DNA of 64,000 bases from Azolla caroliniana. Lineage: Eukaryota > Plantae > Polypodiophyta. Below the pieces are notes generated by a model. It had not been told where the DNA came from and did no database searches. It saw only the letters and a list, made by a program, of their open reading frames with translations. This document shows, piece after piece, positions 14,001 through 27,532 of this stretch. How positions within the stretch are numbered: position 1 is the first letter of the stretch; every line of letters starts with the position of its first letter. The stretch covers positions 12,090,001 through 12,154,000 of the forward strand of contig JBHGNT010000001.1 in assembly GCA_043228905.1 (NCBI GenBank). Reading direction: 5' to 3'. Both the position numbers and the translations under genes were made by a program.

Positions 14001-15659
14001 TAGGTGATTATAGGTCACTAATATTTATGTAAGTGAAGGGTATGTTCACTAATGTTAGAAATGGACTAATGTGATTAGATAGAAGGAATGAGAAGTGCAT
14101 GCACTATCATGACAAACAATGAATGGAGAGTCTTTTAGTAAGGCACATCCATTCCAGGGGCTTAGGAAGAGGTATAAATATGAGGCCTAGGTACCCTCAT
14201 AAAAATTCATTACATCAAAAGGCTGCCATCTTAAGACACCTGTGACACGGGCTAGGATTTCGTCACTATGATCGTGTTATCTCTTCCAATGTATTAGTCA
14301 TCTTAATATTCTTCGGTATGGGATGTTAGTGGTAGGTTGGATATGTCTTGATCATAACTCCGGAGTGGTCGTGTAGACTAGGTTCTTCTATCCAATCTAT
14401 TTACCTTTATTTTACTTTAATTTGGTCTATTGTTTAGTACTAGACTTATAGCTTTAGAATGTTTTCAATTTAAAATAGCTTACTATGTAGGCATTTTTGT
14501 TTTGTTACTTAATCTAGGTTAACCCATGACATCAAACAACGCCAATAAATGTTCTTCCCCAAAATGAGAATTGTTTATTTTCAACTCATATGTTTACCTT
14601 GATCAACTTCAAATGTTTTTTGGTGGTGAGTGTGGTACTACAACATCTACTATTTGTGTCAAAAATTCAAGAATGTAGGTTAACGATATTGTTCATAAAT
14701 TCTAGTTACCCTATCAACCATATATATCATGATTCAGGACCACAAGTTTAAACATTGAGAAATTTAAATGGGTATCAAATCTAAAATAACATTACAAAGA
14801 AGAATTCATTTTGTATTAATAGTTTTGGAATACTTATTTACATATTTACACAAAACATGAGGTTTTGTTCAATGGTGGTGCAATACTCCAACAAATTTTA
14901 GTATTCTCAAAATCCCAAAAATGACGGCTGTTATATGAAATCATCTCTTCTCTATCCGCCACACATATTAGTATGAAGATCATTTGAATGATTAGCATTC
15001 AATTGAAGCAAAGAATGCTCAATTTTTGGTATTCTCTTTACTTGCAAATGCGATATTTTTATATGTTTGATTGCACACGCCTTTGAACTCCATCCCAAAA
15101 TGTGTTGGTAGGGATTCAAACACCTCACACATCATACTACGACAACATTTTATAAGATCCGAAAGATATTGTGATGAGAAAAACAACATTTCTCATGTCA
15201 GTATTCTTAATATGTTGGGCCACCAACGATCAACTATGACAACCAATGTGAAATTCTACACGTAAAATTATTTAAGAAATAGAGTAAAAACCTACTTTTT
15301 TAAAGGTAGGATTTCTCACAGAATCTAATAAATATATTCAAATTCTTTTTCTATGTGCATAGATTATTCGTGCATAATGAATGTTCTGCAACTTGTTACT
15401 CATTATGAGTATGTACTTATGGTAGTATTGCAATTGCAGACATTTTATTGTAAACATTAACCATTAGAAAGATATTGTATTTTTATTTAAACCAACTTAT
15501 TCTTGAACCACATTGAAGATATAGATAAACGCATATTTAAGTTTTCACTCAAAAGTTCAAGATAAGAAAGTTATAAAAACCTCAATGAAGAAAGATCAAC
15601 ACTTCCGATTAATCAAGTCGCAAAGCTAATACTGATTAAATCTTAAGATTTAACACAAT

Positions 15660-15700
<41 letters not shown>

Positions 15701-15704
<4 letters not shown>

Positions 15705-16203
15705 CTCAGTTGGTAAGGTTGCCCAATGGAGACCAGGTGGTCATGGGTTCAACCCCTACATTCCACAGTGGCATCTAGTGAGTGAATTAAGAGATATGTA
15801 TGCAATATATAATAGAGAGGTGAGTAAAATTGGGTTTCAAACCCAAGACATAGTGCCTTCTAGTGTAACAACGTACCAATAGGGTAAGCTAATTACGATA
15901 AAAAGAGAGCCACAGTGGCATCTAGTGAGTGAATTAAGAGATATGTATGCAATATATAATAGAGAGGTGAGTAAAATTGGGTTTCAAACCCAAGACATAG
16001 TGCCTTCTAGTGTAACAACGTACCAATAGGGTAAGCTAATTACGATAAAAAGAGAGCCACAGTGGCATCTAATGAGTGAATTAAGAGATATGTATGCAAT
16101 ATATAATAGAGAGGTGAGTAAAATTGGGTTTCAAACCCAAGACATAGTGCCTTCTAGTGTAACAACGTACCAATAGGGTAAGCTAATTACGATAAAAAGA
16201 GAG
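15701..16203. repeat. tRNA-like (A/B box) head followed by 3 x 147-bp tandem repeat, embedded in (GA)n microsatellite
   Basis: GTAGCTCAGTTGGTA...GGGTTCAACCCC at 15701-15760. Near-identical units start at 15763, 15910 and 16057. (GA)n on both sides. Confidence 0.85.
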
Positions 16204-16394
16204 AGAGTGTGTGTGTGTGTGTGTGTGAGTGAGAGGGGAGAGATGCTCTAGAGTAGAGTAAAAAATGAAGAACTTTTTGATAAATGTCAAGAAATGAGTT
16301 TTATACTTTTCTTACTAAAGATATTTCGCCCTCAGGTCCTTCCCACTTGTCTCGGGCACGAGGTTCTTACTCTTTAGAATCCAATGAATGTAAC

Positions 16395-16451
<57 letters not shown>

Positions 16452-17289
16452 TTAAGAAGAATGTTCTTTAGCTGAGCCTCCCCCCCCCTTCTTTTATTAG
16501 TTAGTGATTGCACATTGATTTAGATTTAAGTTATTTTATAGATTATCATTATATTTTTCATACAACATTTTGCGGATACAACATGCATGTGGTGTATATT
16601 GTATCTCTCTCTCCTCTCTCAAACATTCACGTCTATTTGCAACCAAATAGTAAAACACATACTAATAGCACACACATATTATTCTTCATCTCCTATATAT
16701 TTGATTCTCACAATATCTTTCCAACTATTTGTAGCATGACAATGTGCTTCAAGATGCCATGGCCAAGATTGAACATGGCATCATGACAAATTCTAGCACT
16801 TGCACCATGTCAACCTTCTCTGTGCCACACCACTAACCTTTATAAGCTACTGGCTCAATACCTCAATGAGGATAACCAATGCTACAAGTTGGTCCTTGGC
16901 GAACCATTTTTCTTAAGCACCTTGCACATCACACCCACAATATCCACTAACCTCACCTCACCTCACCAATCATGTTAACATCCTTACATGTTATTATACC
17001 TTTTCATTGCAATCTATCTTGCATCCTATGTATGTCTCTTCACTACCACACCATCAAATTCTGACATCAAGTCTCATACATCATGAAATTCACATGGTCC
17101 TCCTAGAATTCCATATCATCCACTCCATTACCACTCCAACTATCAGCAAGCTAAGTAGTGCACCAATCTTGTGCACACATTAGGCCCAAGGTTGGGGATT
17201 TTAAGTACTTTCCAAATGTTGCCAAATGTTAGCGCCATCAACAAATTCTCTAAGAAGTATAAACTTCTTTGACTATGTAATGTAAAAAT

Positions 17290-17760
17290 GCCCTAGAGCA
17301 CATACATATACATATGTTATAAGGGAAAGTGTCAAAGTAACTTGTGTGATTGTTATGATTCTTAGATACATTAGACTTAATCAATATTTTTTTCAAATAT
17401 ATGGATTTGGTGATGGTGATTTCATTGCTATGTTTGATGTTGATGACATGTTGACAATAGAACCTAACAAAGATTGTAGTGAAAGACACGAAGGCACAAT
17501 TGGCTAAGGATTTTGAAATGAAGGACTTGGGCTAGCATATGAGACTCTAGACTAGAGAGGGATGATAGAAGAAAAGAAGCCTAAAAAACTAGATTGGGAA
17601 AGATGAGGATAGTCTTAAACAAGTGACTACGAAAAAGGACCTATTGCAAGGGAAGCATGAGCCAAATGTAAACATGTATGCTACGTATTACTAAACATTC
17701 TACATCATAGGCAACTGGATATAGTTATTATGGAGACGTTTTAGGCTTATCAAGACTTTC
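17290..17760 (+). mobile_element. Highly degenerate copia RT/RNaseH remnant
   Basis: VKDTKAQLAKDFEMKDLG readable at about 17479-17532; the remainder is decayed and the limits are approximate. Confidence 0.45.
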
Positions 17761-18397
17761 AGAAAATGATGTAAGAGTTTCCCAATGTGGGATAGAGAGA
17801 TATCGTTTTAATGTCTACGGGATACCCCTTACAATTTATGAGAGGAGGCCTAGACCATGACGAGAATTGAACTTGGGTTCTCTCAAAAGTTATGACTTTG
17901 ATGGTATGGTGTAAACCACTTAGTCATGCCAAAGAAGGGACTAGAATGTACAATGTGCATAAAGGAGCTGAAATTCGTCTTGCATTATTCAATTTTGCCT
18001 AGCACCTCACTAACAATTGTTCTATCACACTTTCAAGCAACATGTGAGTTCCCCTTGACTCATTGTGCTATTGGATCATACGTCCCCACATGACTTTCGA
18101 TAACACTCTACAAAGTGATGGAACAATTTAGTTGGTCGAGCACTAATCTTGACATTTTACAGCGAGTCACCGTTACAAGAGCAAAAGAAGAATGGAAGGA
18201 TGCAAAAGGTGCACCATGGTAGGATGATCGAATGGTCGTATCTCTCCTTAATTGCACCATCTTGTGAACCAAGACTTATATGTATATACATTATATGTAG
18301 ATTATGCATACATACATGATGCATATGTATATATATTTGTCACTAATAAATTGGAGTTTCCAAAAAATACAATTTATTATTACATAAGATCAACATG

Positions 18398-18407
18398 ATG
18401 TCGACAT
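18398..18407. promoter_or_regulatory. Zinc deficiency response element (ZDRE) ATGTCGACAT
   Basis: Exact match to RTGTCGACAY (F-group bZIP19/23 site), about 270 bp upstream of the ZIP ATG. A G-box CACGTG lies at 18417-18422. Confidence 0.8.
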
Positions 18408-18677
18408 GATAGAGCACACGTGTGGCCGTACTATTAAATAATGATTTATGAAGTAAAAGGAAACATGAGAGCTTAAATGAAAAACCAAGTACAATTACAC
18501 ACATTATTCCATACTAAATAAATAGTATGTGATAGCGTCACAATTTCCTTTTCTTCCTTCCTTCCTTTCTCTAGATTATTGTGAAGCTTCTTCTTTGTCA
18601 TCAACATCCATCTTCATGGCAAGACCTTAAAAAGACAGTCTACAACAATCTATATTATTCTAACACATCAAGCCCAT

Positions 18678-21043
18678 ATGGATTGCTCTGTAGAAGCTCT
18701 TTCCACTCTCATTGGTTGTGGAGACGAGCGGGCCGCGCTACAACTCAAGTTCGTTGCGATCGCAACAATCTTGGTTGCATGTGTCCTCGGGGTCTCGATG
18801 CCGATATTGGGTCGCTTCCTCACCTTCTTCCACCCCCAATCCGACCTCTTCTTTGTAGTAAAGGCGTTTGCGGCAGGTGTCATCCTAGCTACCGCGTTTG
18901 TGCACATGCTTCCCACTTCATTTGAGGCGCTCGGCAATCCTTGCTTGGCACAAAACCCTTGGGGAAAATTTCCTTTTGCGGGGTTCGTCTCGATGGTAGC
19001 TACACTTTGCACACTTTGCATTGATTTTTGGGCTACCACATACTACGAGAAGAAGCATCTTGTGGTCATCCATGCTGGTCCTTCTACTTCTATTACCTCC
19101 ATATGTACTAGTGTGCAAGAGTTTCCTTATGATGATGATAATTATAATTCTAAAGGGAAAAGGCAAGAGATTTCGCATCATGGTAGTGTTAAGCCTATTG
19201 CACTAGACAATAAGGAGAAGCTTTCTCGTGATAGTATTAATATTGCGCTACGCACTAATGTAGTTAGTGGTCATCATGCATGTTGTAGTGTAGATAATAA
19301 AAGTAATGTCAATATTCGTGATGAGAATGATGCGTCCTTGTATAATGTTGAGCATGCCAAGCTGGATAATGTTGTCAAGAATGCGGATCCAATATATCCG
19401 ATTGATGATCATAGCCTCATCAATTCCGAACTTACCACAAATGTTATCGACTACCATTCACACGCAATCAATGACTCGCGTGTTGCCACCCAATCTCAAA
19501 TTCGACAACGAGTTATATCACAGGTACTATTTTTCGATTAGGTATCAATTGCCCTTTGTTTTCCATTTTTATTGGTACATGATCTCATAGCATATCGGTT
19601 AACTTCATCAACTCATGCATTGATAATTGTGAAAAACTATGTTGCGCGGTTTACATTCTATGTTAAGAAGCCATTGAAACCCTACAATGCCTCGATCAGA
19701 ACACATGAATGATGATGACAAAAAACAAAGCATCAATGAAATGTTTCATATGCATCCCCTTTTTCTTGATGCAAAATGAACTATAATGCCTTTATGAAAC
19801 AATTCATATATATTACCGAGTGAAAACCAACCTCGGTTTCTAAAGGGTTGATGACAAATAAGACATGGAAGTGGGAATCCTCCAAATATATCGTGGTCAA
19901 TTTTATTCTCGCCAAAAGTTTCCTTTTGCCAACCCCTTATTATTGTAGAATCGAAGTAGCATCATGTGCTTGCACTATTGATTTGATTTTTACTTTGTGT
20001 TTGATTGAAAAAATGTTGACCCTCTTCTCTAATATATTTACATAGAAATTAGCTCCAATGTTGTGATTAAAATATCATATTTTCAAAGTATAATAGTTCC
20101 AATTTCCAAATGTTATTTTATCAAGCATTAGCTTATTTTGATATGTTAGGTTTATAAGAACTACATTGTTAGTTAAACTATTTCCATAGTTAATGCGGTT
20201 AACATGCTATTTGATTTCTTTTCCTTTCATAGAGAGCAACTTAAGATCATACTCACCTAACATTGTGTGATAGGTTCTAGAGCTTGGAATAGTTTCTCAC
20301 TCAATCATCATTGGTATTTCCCTTGGTACCACAAAGAGCCCATGCATTGTGAGGCCGTTGCTAGCAGCACTCACCTTTCATCAGTTCTTTGAAGGTGTAG
20401 CACTTGGTGGATGCATAGCTCAGGTAAAAGCATGTCACCAATGTATATTATTAACATCCGCAAGAGACCATATACATTATATGGAACCTCTCTTAATTTT
20501 ATGACTTTGAAAATAGGAACAAATGTTGAGAGTTTATTTTGTGGTCTGCATATTCATGTGCATTTATTTTTCTAGCATGTATATATGTAGTGTACATTGT
20601 ATATTGCATGTATATGTATACCACATACATACATATGTATGTATGTATTTATATGTGCACACCAATAAGATGTGACTTGTCAAAGCCAACACATAGTTTT
20701 TGGAAAAAAAAGCCAACACATATATACACACACATATTTTTGTATATGTTCAAACATATATTAAAACAAAATGTATATGTGATACCTAAACATTAACATG
20801 TATATGTATGTATATGTGTGTGTGTGTGAGAGAGAGCAATTGGTAAGGTTGCCGTAGTGGTAGTAGTGTAAACAACTTACCACTAGAGTAAGCTAATTAG
20901 GATGAGAGAGAGAGAGAGAGAGCATAGTGGTAGTAGTGTAAACAACTTACCACTAGAGTAAGCTAATTAGGATGAGAGAGAGAGAGAGAGAGAGCATAGT
21001 GGTAGTAGTGTAAACAACTTACCACTAGAGTAAGCTAATTAGG

Positions 21044-21086
<43 letters not shown>

Positions 21087-21772
21087 TGTGTGTGCATATT
21101 TCTATGTATTCTACACACATGTAGAGAGAGAAAGCTCAATAACTACGCATGTTTCTATGTATACATGTGTGTATGTCTCTATGTATGTTACATGACAATA
21201 ATGCATACATACCATTTTGTTTTACGTCAAAAACAATTCCCAAATACCAACACTATGTTTACCAATACTTTGGGTGCCTTTTATGTTGTCACAAACTCTT
21301 ATCACTAGTAATGCCAAACCCTCCAACATTCCTTGTGTCTTATACATGTATATATACAAATATACAAATATACAAATATATATGTGTTTGTGGTGTTCAT
21401 GCATTTACATATATTTTAATAAAGAATTTGTGAATGAGCCTTGAGCATGAGGACGTGTTTTTGCAGGCTGGTTATCATAGATTAACATCAGTTTTAATGG
21501 CCTTCTTCTTCTCAGTGACGACGCCTTTAGGTATAGGCATTGGAATTGGGATATCTTCAAGTTACAATGAGAATAGCCCAACAGCTCTTATTGTGGAGGG
21601 ATTGTTTGACTCCATTTCAGCAGGGATTTTGGTTTACATGTCTTTGGTGGATCTTATTGCCACAGACTTTCTTAGCAATAGGCTTGAAAGCAACCTACAT
21701 CTACAACTATACTCATTCATTGCTCTCTTTGTTGGTGCCGGTTTTATGTCAGTAATAGCATATTGGGCTTGA
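18678..21772 (+). CDS. ZIP: ZIP family Zn/Fe transporter (ZIP4/IRT3-like), 3 exons: 18678-19523, 20274-20423, 21467-21772 (about 433 aa)
   Basis: Motifs [44 protein letters not shown] and [17 protein letters not shown] introns join in frame. Confidence 0.95.
20837..21080. repeat. 3 x about 70-bp tandem repeat with (GA)n in ZIP intron 2; related to the 15701-16203 repeat
   Basis: Units TAGTGGTAGTAGTGTAAACAACTTACCACTAGAGTAAGCTAATTAGGAT(GA)n start at 20855, 20925 and 20997. Confidence 0.85.
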
Positions 21773-22759
21773 TCATCTGCCTCTTGATGTTAACGTTGAA
21801 TGAAATAAGTTCTTTGAGATTGTATTGCACCAATTCCCAACAACATAAAAAATATAGAACCATGGGAATTGATCTATTGTCTTTGTCAAGTGGAATATTC
21901 AAAATCATTATTTTATTTAAGCTCTTTGAATGGAGATTGTGTATAATGTGTGAGGATGGCTATCAAGATCCCGAAATTCAAAATGTAATTCTATTATCTA
22001 CGTAAGGACTAGATTTACATGTTCTGAATTTATTGCAACCTCAATATATAGTTATATTCAATCTTCATAAGCCAACAAACCTTAAATAATTTGATCAAAT
22101 GTTAAAAGAAAAGTCATGGATACACATGGCAATAGGAACAAAAGGCTAATGTCCTTAGACATAGTTTATTAGCTATGCAAGAAGCTATATGTCCTTTAGT
22201 TGTTTGGCTTGTAAAGTTGTAATGTCATTGATTATTTATGATCTTAAGTAAGGACATAAATAAGTTTTGAGGACAAATAATATGATCCACTAAAAAAAGG
22301 GAAACAAAAATCTAGGTGGATTCCTTGCCCTTAGCTTAATCACTAAGGTAAAGTTGGTGGCGTGAGCCCTACATTCTTATTTTTTTCCCCTACTATCATT
22401 CTTGGCTATTGTCTGTTGCCTCTCCACTCACCTTGCTACCATCACTCTTTCCTTGCTCCTTCCTACTATTGTTCTTCTTTGTTGTGTGGTTTCCTCTACA
22501 CAAATGCCTCTATCGCTCCTTGGTCCTCCTCCTTGTAGTCCTCGTCTATTATGTGTTCACCTCTATACACACTAAACCAATTTGAATATCTTATTATTTG
22601 GTTAGTGAGGATTGCCTAATCAATACTATAGGATGGCCCATACAATTTATGACATTAAACTCCAATTTGGTCCCATAGAACTTTCTATAGTTCAAGAACC
22701 AATTACCACATGCATTCAAGCATAAACATATTTAGAGCGTAAAAATATATACATGTAAA

Positions 22760-22895
22760 TTTATATATATATCTATATATCTATATATATATCTATATAT
22801 CTATATATATATCTATATATCTATATATATATCTATATATCTATATATCTATATATATATCTATATATCTATATATCTATATATATATATATATA
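22760..22895. repeat. (TA)n/(TATC) compound microsatellite
   Basis: Direct reading of the sequence. Confidence 0.9.
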
Positions 22896-23399
22896 GGCAA
22901 TCAAGCAAGAAGGGATCCTGTCACACTTCTCTTTCCCCTTTCTCCACAAAGGGTTGTTATGAGTGACCCTAGACGACCTCTAGTGTACCAAAGAGGACAC
23001 AATCCTTGAACTCAAATCTTGGAACAAAGAGATCGATCATTAGTTAGAGTCCACTAAAGACAAGCGCCCAAGGAGTGTGCATAGGTTCTTGATTTGAAAT
23101 GGCTTGCAAGCACACGTAATAATGTTGAAAGAGGAAATAGCTAAGGTTTGTGAACACTGGATTCGTACCACCACATTCGAATAAAATAAATAATTGCCAC
23201 AACCAATCCTGATTTCCTCGTCTACCCGAGGTGTGTGCAAAGGATGAGGCTCTTTACTCACTTCCAGGAGTTTGAAAAGGTTGTGGAGCTGGAAGAGATA
23301 GCCCAAAAGAAGACAATCTAAAGCACGATGCAACTTTTGTGGGTACGTTGTCATGATGTGGTGTGTCAAGTGTGAGAAAATGACGAAAAGTGAGGTTCC

Positions 23400-26300
23400 T
23401 GTTACCCCGTACGAGATGTACGGAGAGTCAGTGTGATGAGCAAGGGTCGAATGTTATCATGATGTTGTTGTGTATGTGTAGGGGACATAAATGTAATTAT
23501 GAGTCTATACGTATGTGAAAACATGCACACGTGTGTGCATGTGGATGGATACGAGGATGTGTGAGTGAGTGTCCAGTATGAATGCTCGAGGGGGCTTACA
23601 CCCCTATGTATCTACCCCCTCTTGTACTATTTAACCCCTTATGGGGAATGAATGAAATATGAATGAACATTTTCTCTCTAATCTCTCTCTCTTTGACACC
23701 TTTTCTCTTCTCTCTCTCTCTTTGACACCTTTTCTCTTCTCTCTCCCTCTCTCACGTTGAACCCCCTTGGGAGGGGGGTGGGGCCATTCTAGGCACCACC
23801 CCCCACCCCGCAATGCTTCTCTATATGATCTCTCTCACCATCATACTCTCCATCACCATGTCTATCTTCATTACCAATCATCATAGTTATCATTCATCAT
23901 CATCATCATCCTTAACCCTAACCCTAAAACCTACAACACCTTTTGGCGACCACTAAGGCGACCCCCCTTTGGAGACGAAGTCGAAGATTAATACGTGGCA
24001 GAGACAACAACGACGAAATGTGTGATAATGGTGACGATGATGTGCGAGAAATCGAATTTATGATGAGTAGCAAATCGAATCGGTAATGTGCAAGAAATGG
24101 CGACCACAATGTGTTGGAAATGGCCATGTTAACGAAAAAGAAGAAGAAACAATCATAGCGATAACTGGAATGACAGAGATTGACAACAACGATGGCCGGA
24201 CCGAAGATGTGCGGGACGACAACAACCGGACAGCCGGAAAGACATGGTCGTTTGTGCCAAACAACAACGAAGATGGAGACGGCCGGACAACAGTTTGAGC
24301 GGTCGGATAGGCCGGAGAGTGACCGGACAAGAGCAACCGGAGCGGCCGAAGTGGCTGGAGAGCAGTCGGAATGGCCGGACAATTGCTGAAGAGCAACCAG
24401 ACGACGATCGGACGGTGACGGGCGAACCTCAGCCAAAATAGACGACCGACTGCAAACTGGCTGAACAGGGCCAACAAGGCCGGCGACAGAGACATTTGGA
24501 GATTGACCGCACAGACATGGCCAGACGAGCCAGACAGCGGAAAGAGCGGCCAGTAGGGTCGAAAACCGGCCGGAATAGCCAGACAGTGGCTGGAGCGGCC
24601 GGAGAACCGGACAGATGACTTGGAAAACGGACTGGACGCACAGTCGGAAGACAACAGACAGACATCCGAGGAGCGGCCGAAATGCACAGAAATGGCCAAA
24701 GTGGCTGGAGAGCGGTCGGAGTGGCCGAACGGTGCCGAAACGGAGGCGGCCGGACCGGACGGGCCATACAATGACGACGCTGGACAACGGCGATGGAGAC
24801 ACTAGGGAAACAAGACAACTAACAAAGATGAGAGATTCGGCCAGAGTAGCGGAAAAGCGAGGGCCGGACAACATTAGAAGCGGAATAGAGGCGGTCGGAT
24901 GAACGACGGCCGGACGGACACGTCAGGAAAAACGAAGGAGGCCGGACAACAAGCGGCAGCGGCGGCGGCAAAAAAAGCAGCAACACCGGACTATGGCTGT
25001 ACAGAGATGGCAATGGAGCCAGATACACAGAGGCGGACTCAAACGGACGGAAACCGACAGAGACGGTGATGGAGTCCGCAACAAAGGCAGCCGGACAGCA
25101 GCCGAGACAATGATGGAAAAGGCCGGTGAGGCCGGAAGGGCGCGGCCACACCGATTGTCGAATAGTGGACGAGACGGCCGGGACGACGGACCGAACGCAC
25201 AATCGGAAGAGGAGGACGACGACCGGACACCGACAGAGACGGAGGAGAGGCCGGAGCCGGAACGACGGACGGGCGGGCCAAATAGTGGCAAAGGAGCGGC
25301 CGAAGCAGTTGGAATAGCCGAATAGTGGCCAGATGGGCTGGACAGAGAACCGCCAAACGACGACCGGAATGGGCCAAACAGTTGAAACGGTGACGGAGCC
25401 GGGACAACGATAGGACGGCGGTGGCCACATAGCAACAACTAGAGTGGTGGCTGACCAATAGCGGTCCGGTTGGTTCGAGACAGCGACAGGCGCCAGATGG
25501 AGCAGCAGTCGTATAGTGGCAACGACAGAGCGGCAGCCGCCGGATAGGGGCTGGATCATAGCAACAACTAGAGTGGTGGCTGACCAATAGCGGTCCGGTT
25601 GGTTCGAGACAGCGACAGGCGCCAGATGGAGCAGCAGTCGTATAGTGGCAACGACAGAGCGGCAGCCGCCGGATAGGGGCTGGATCAATTTCCGGAATGT
25701 GCAAAGACACATAACGGTCAGAGTGGCCGAACGGTGAGAAACTGGAGGCGGACGGACCGGATGGGCTAGACAAACGAACGGAGGACCGGAAAGATAGGGT
25801 CGAACACAGACAACTACCGGCGGCAAAAATCAACGACCGGACAGACAACCGGAATGGCCCTAGAAGCGGCTAGACAGCAACCGGAACGATGACACCATGC
25901 CGAAAAGTGACAGGAATTGTCGGACAGCCGACGGCCGAAACGGCGTTGACGCTGAAACGACGGGTCGGACAACGGAATAGTGGCCGGAGGGCCAGAAAGA
26001 CAATAATGACCGGATCAAATAGACGGATGGGACAGAGTCGGAGACACAGACAGACAGTGCTGGACGAGGACGAACTGACGGACGACAGTGACGGACAGAG
26101 ACAATGACGGCCGGAGACAGAGATAGAGATGCAGACGCATACGCAAATGGGACGACAACGACAACGTCCAGATGGCGACGGTGCAGGACACCGACAACTG
26201 GATGATAGCCGAAACGGTGACAAAGATGGATGACGTGCACGGAGAAGGAGAGCAACAACAAGAAGAGCAGCAGAAACTAAGAAGAAAGAGAGATGGAATC

Positions 26301-27532
26301 GAAGACAAAAGCAAGGAAGAAGGAAAAAGAAGAGGACGAAACCGCAAGAAAATACACTGATGAAGAAGAAGAAATAGAGGATAAACAGAAGATAGGGAAG
26401 ATGAAGAAGCAAATGAAACAACGTGGACAGAAAGGAAAACGAGGGAAAAAGAAAGAAGAATAGAAACGAACAAGAAGAAAGAAAAAGTAAACCTGGCAGT
26501 GGGAAAGAAGAAAACGGAGAAGAGGAAGCAAAGAATGATATCAGAGACAGGAAAAAAGAAGAAGAAGAAGAGAGAACCATAGGAATTTCGAAACTACTTT
26601 CAAAAAAAGAAAAACTTAAGGGCATTGTTGGAATTATAAAAACATGAGGGTACATGATACAAATTTCAAAATCCAAGGGCATTGTCATTGGTTTAGAAAA
26701 TTTCAGGCTACAATACTTAAATTTAAAAACTCATCCACCTAAAGAAATGGACGTGATCGACCACGACAACTCACAAAATCAACAAAAGGAAGATACACAT
26801 ACACACAACATTTTTGGACCCATGAAGAAGTTCGTAAGTCGACAGAATGAGAATGTTCGTGTCGCGGAAGATTTGCTGACCAACAAAGATGGTCGAGTCA
26901 AGCACTCCGATCGAGGGAGTCGATCGTTGAAAGGACCGATGGAAGTTCCGGTCAAAGAAATATCATCATCAAGGCATGTGGGATCGACGTGCAAGGCACT
27001 CTCCCACGGGCGTGCCATATTGTGTTACCCCGTACGAGATGTACGGAGAGTTAGTGTGATGAGCGAGGGTCGAATGTTATCATGATGTTGTTGTGTATGT
27101 GTAGGGGACATAAATGTAATTATGAGTCTATACGTATGTGAACACATGCACACGTGTGTGCATGTGGATGGATACGAGGAGGTGTGAGTGAGTGTCCAGT
27201 ATGAATGCTCGAGGGGGCTTACACCCCTATGTATTTACCCCCTCTTGTACTATTTAACCCCTTATGGGGAATGAATGAAATATGAATGAACATTTTCTCT
27301 CTAATCTCTCTCTCTTTGACACCTTTTCTCTTCTCTCTCCCTCTCTCATGTTGAACCCCCTTGGGAGGGGGGTGGAGCCATTCTAGGCACCACCCCCCAC
27401 CCCGCAATGCTTCTCTATATGATCTCTCTCACCATCATACTCTCCATCACCATGTCTATCTTCATTACTAATCATCATAGTTATCATTCATCATCATCAT
27501 CGTCCTTAACCCTGACCCTAAAACCTACAACA
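23400..27532 (+). mobile_element. Non-autonomous, non-coding LTR retroelement (LTRs 23400-23938 and 27023-27532)
   Basis: Near-identical TG...CA LTRs and a 5-bp TSD GTTCC (23395-23399 / 27533-27537). PBS-like TGGCGACCAC follows the left LTR. The GC-rich internal region lacks gag/pol motifs and has a 129-bp tandem duplication at 25428-25687. Confidence 0.92.

Noticed and set aside
12840-14535. Possible old solo LTRs or retroelement debris
   Set aside because: No partner LTR, TSD or coding motif could be established by eye.
15701-15770. Functional tRNA gene
   Set aside because: A and B boxes are present, but there is no convincing acceptor or anticodon stem, and it is part of a repeat.
23924-26688. 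Long minus-strand ORFs (237-335 aa) inside the non-coding LTR element
   Set aside because: They overlap in several frames, are low complexity and carry no domain motifs. They are explained by strand compositional skew.
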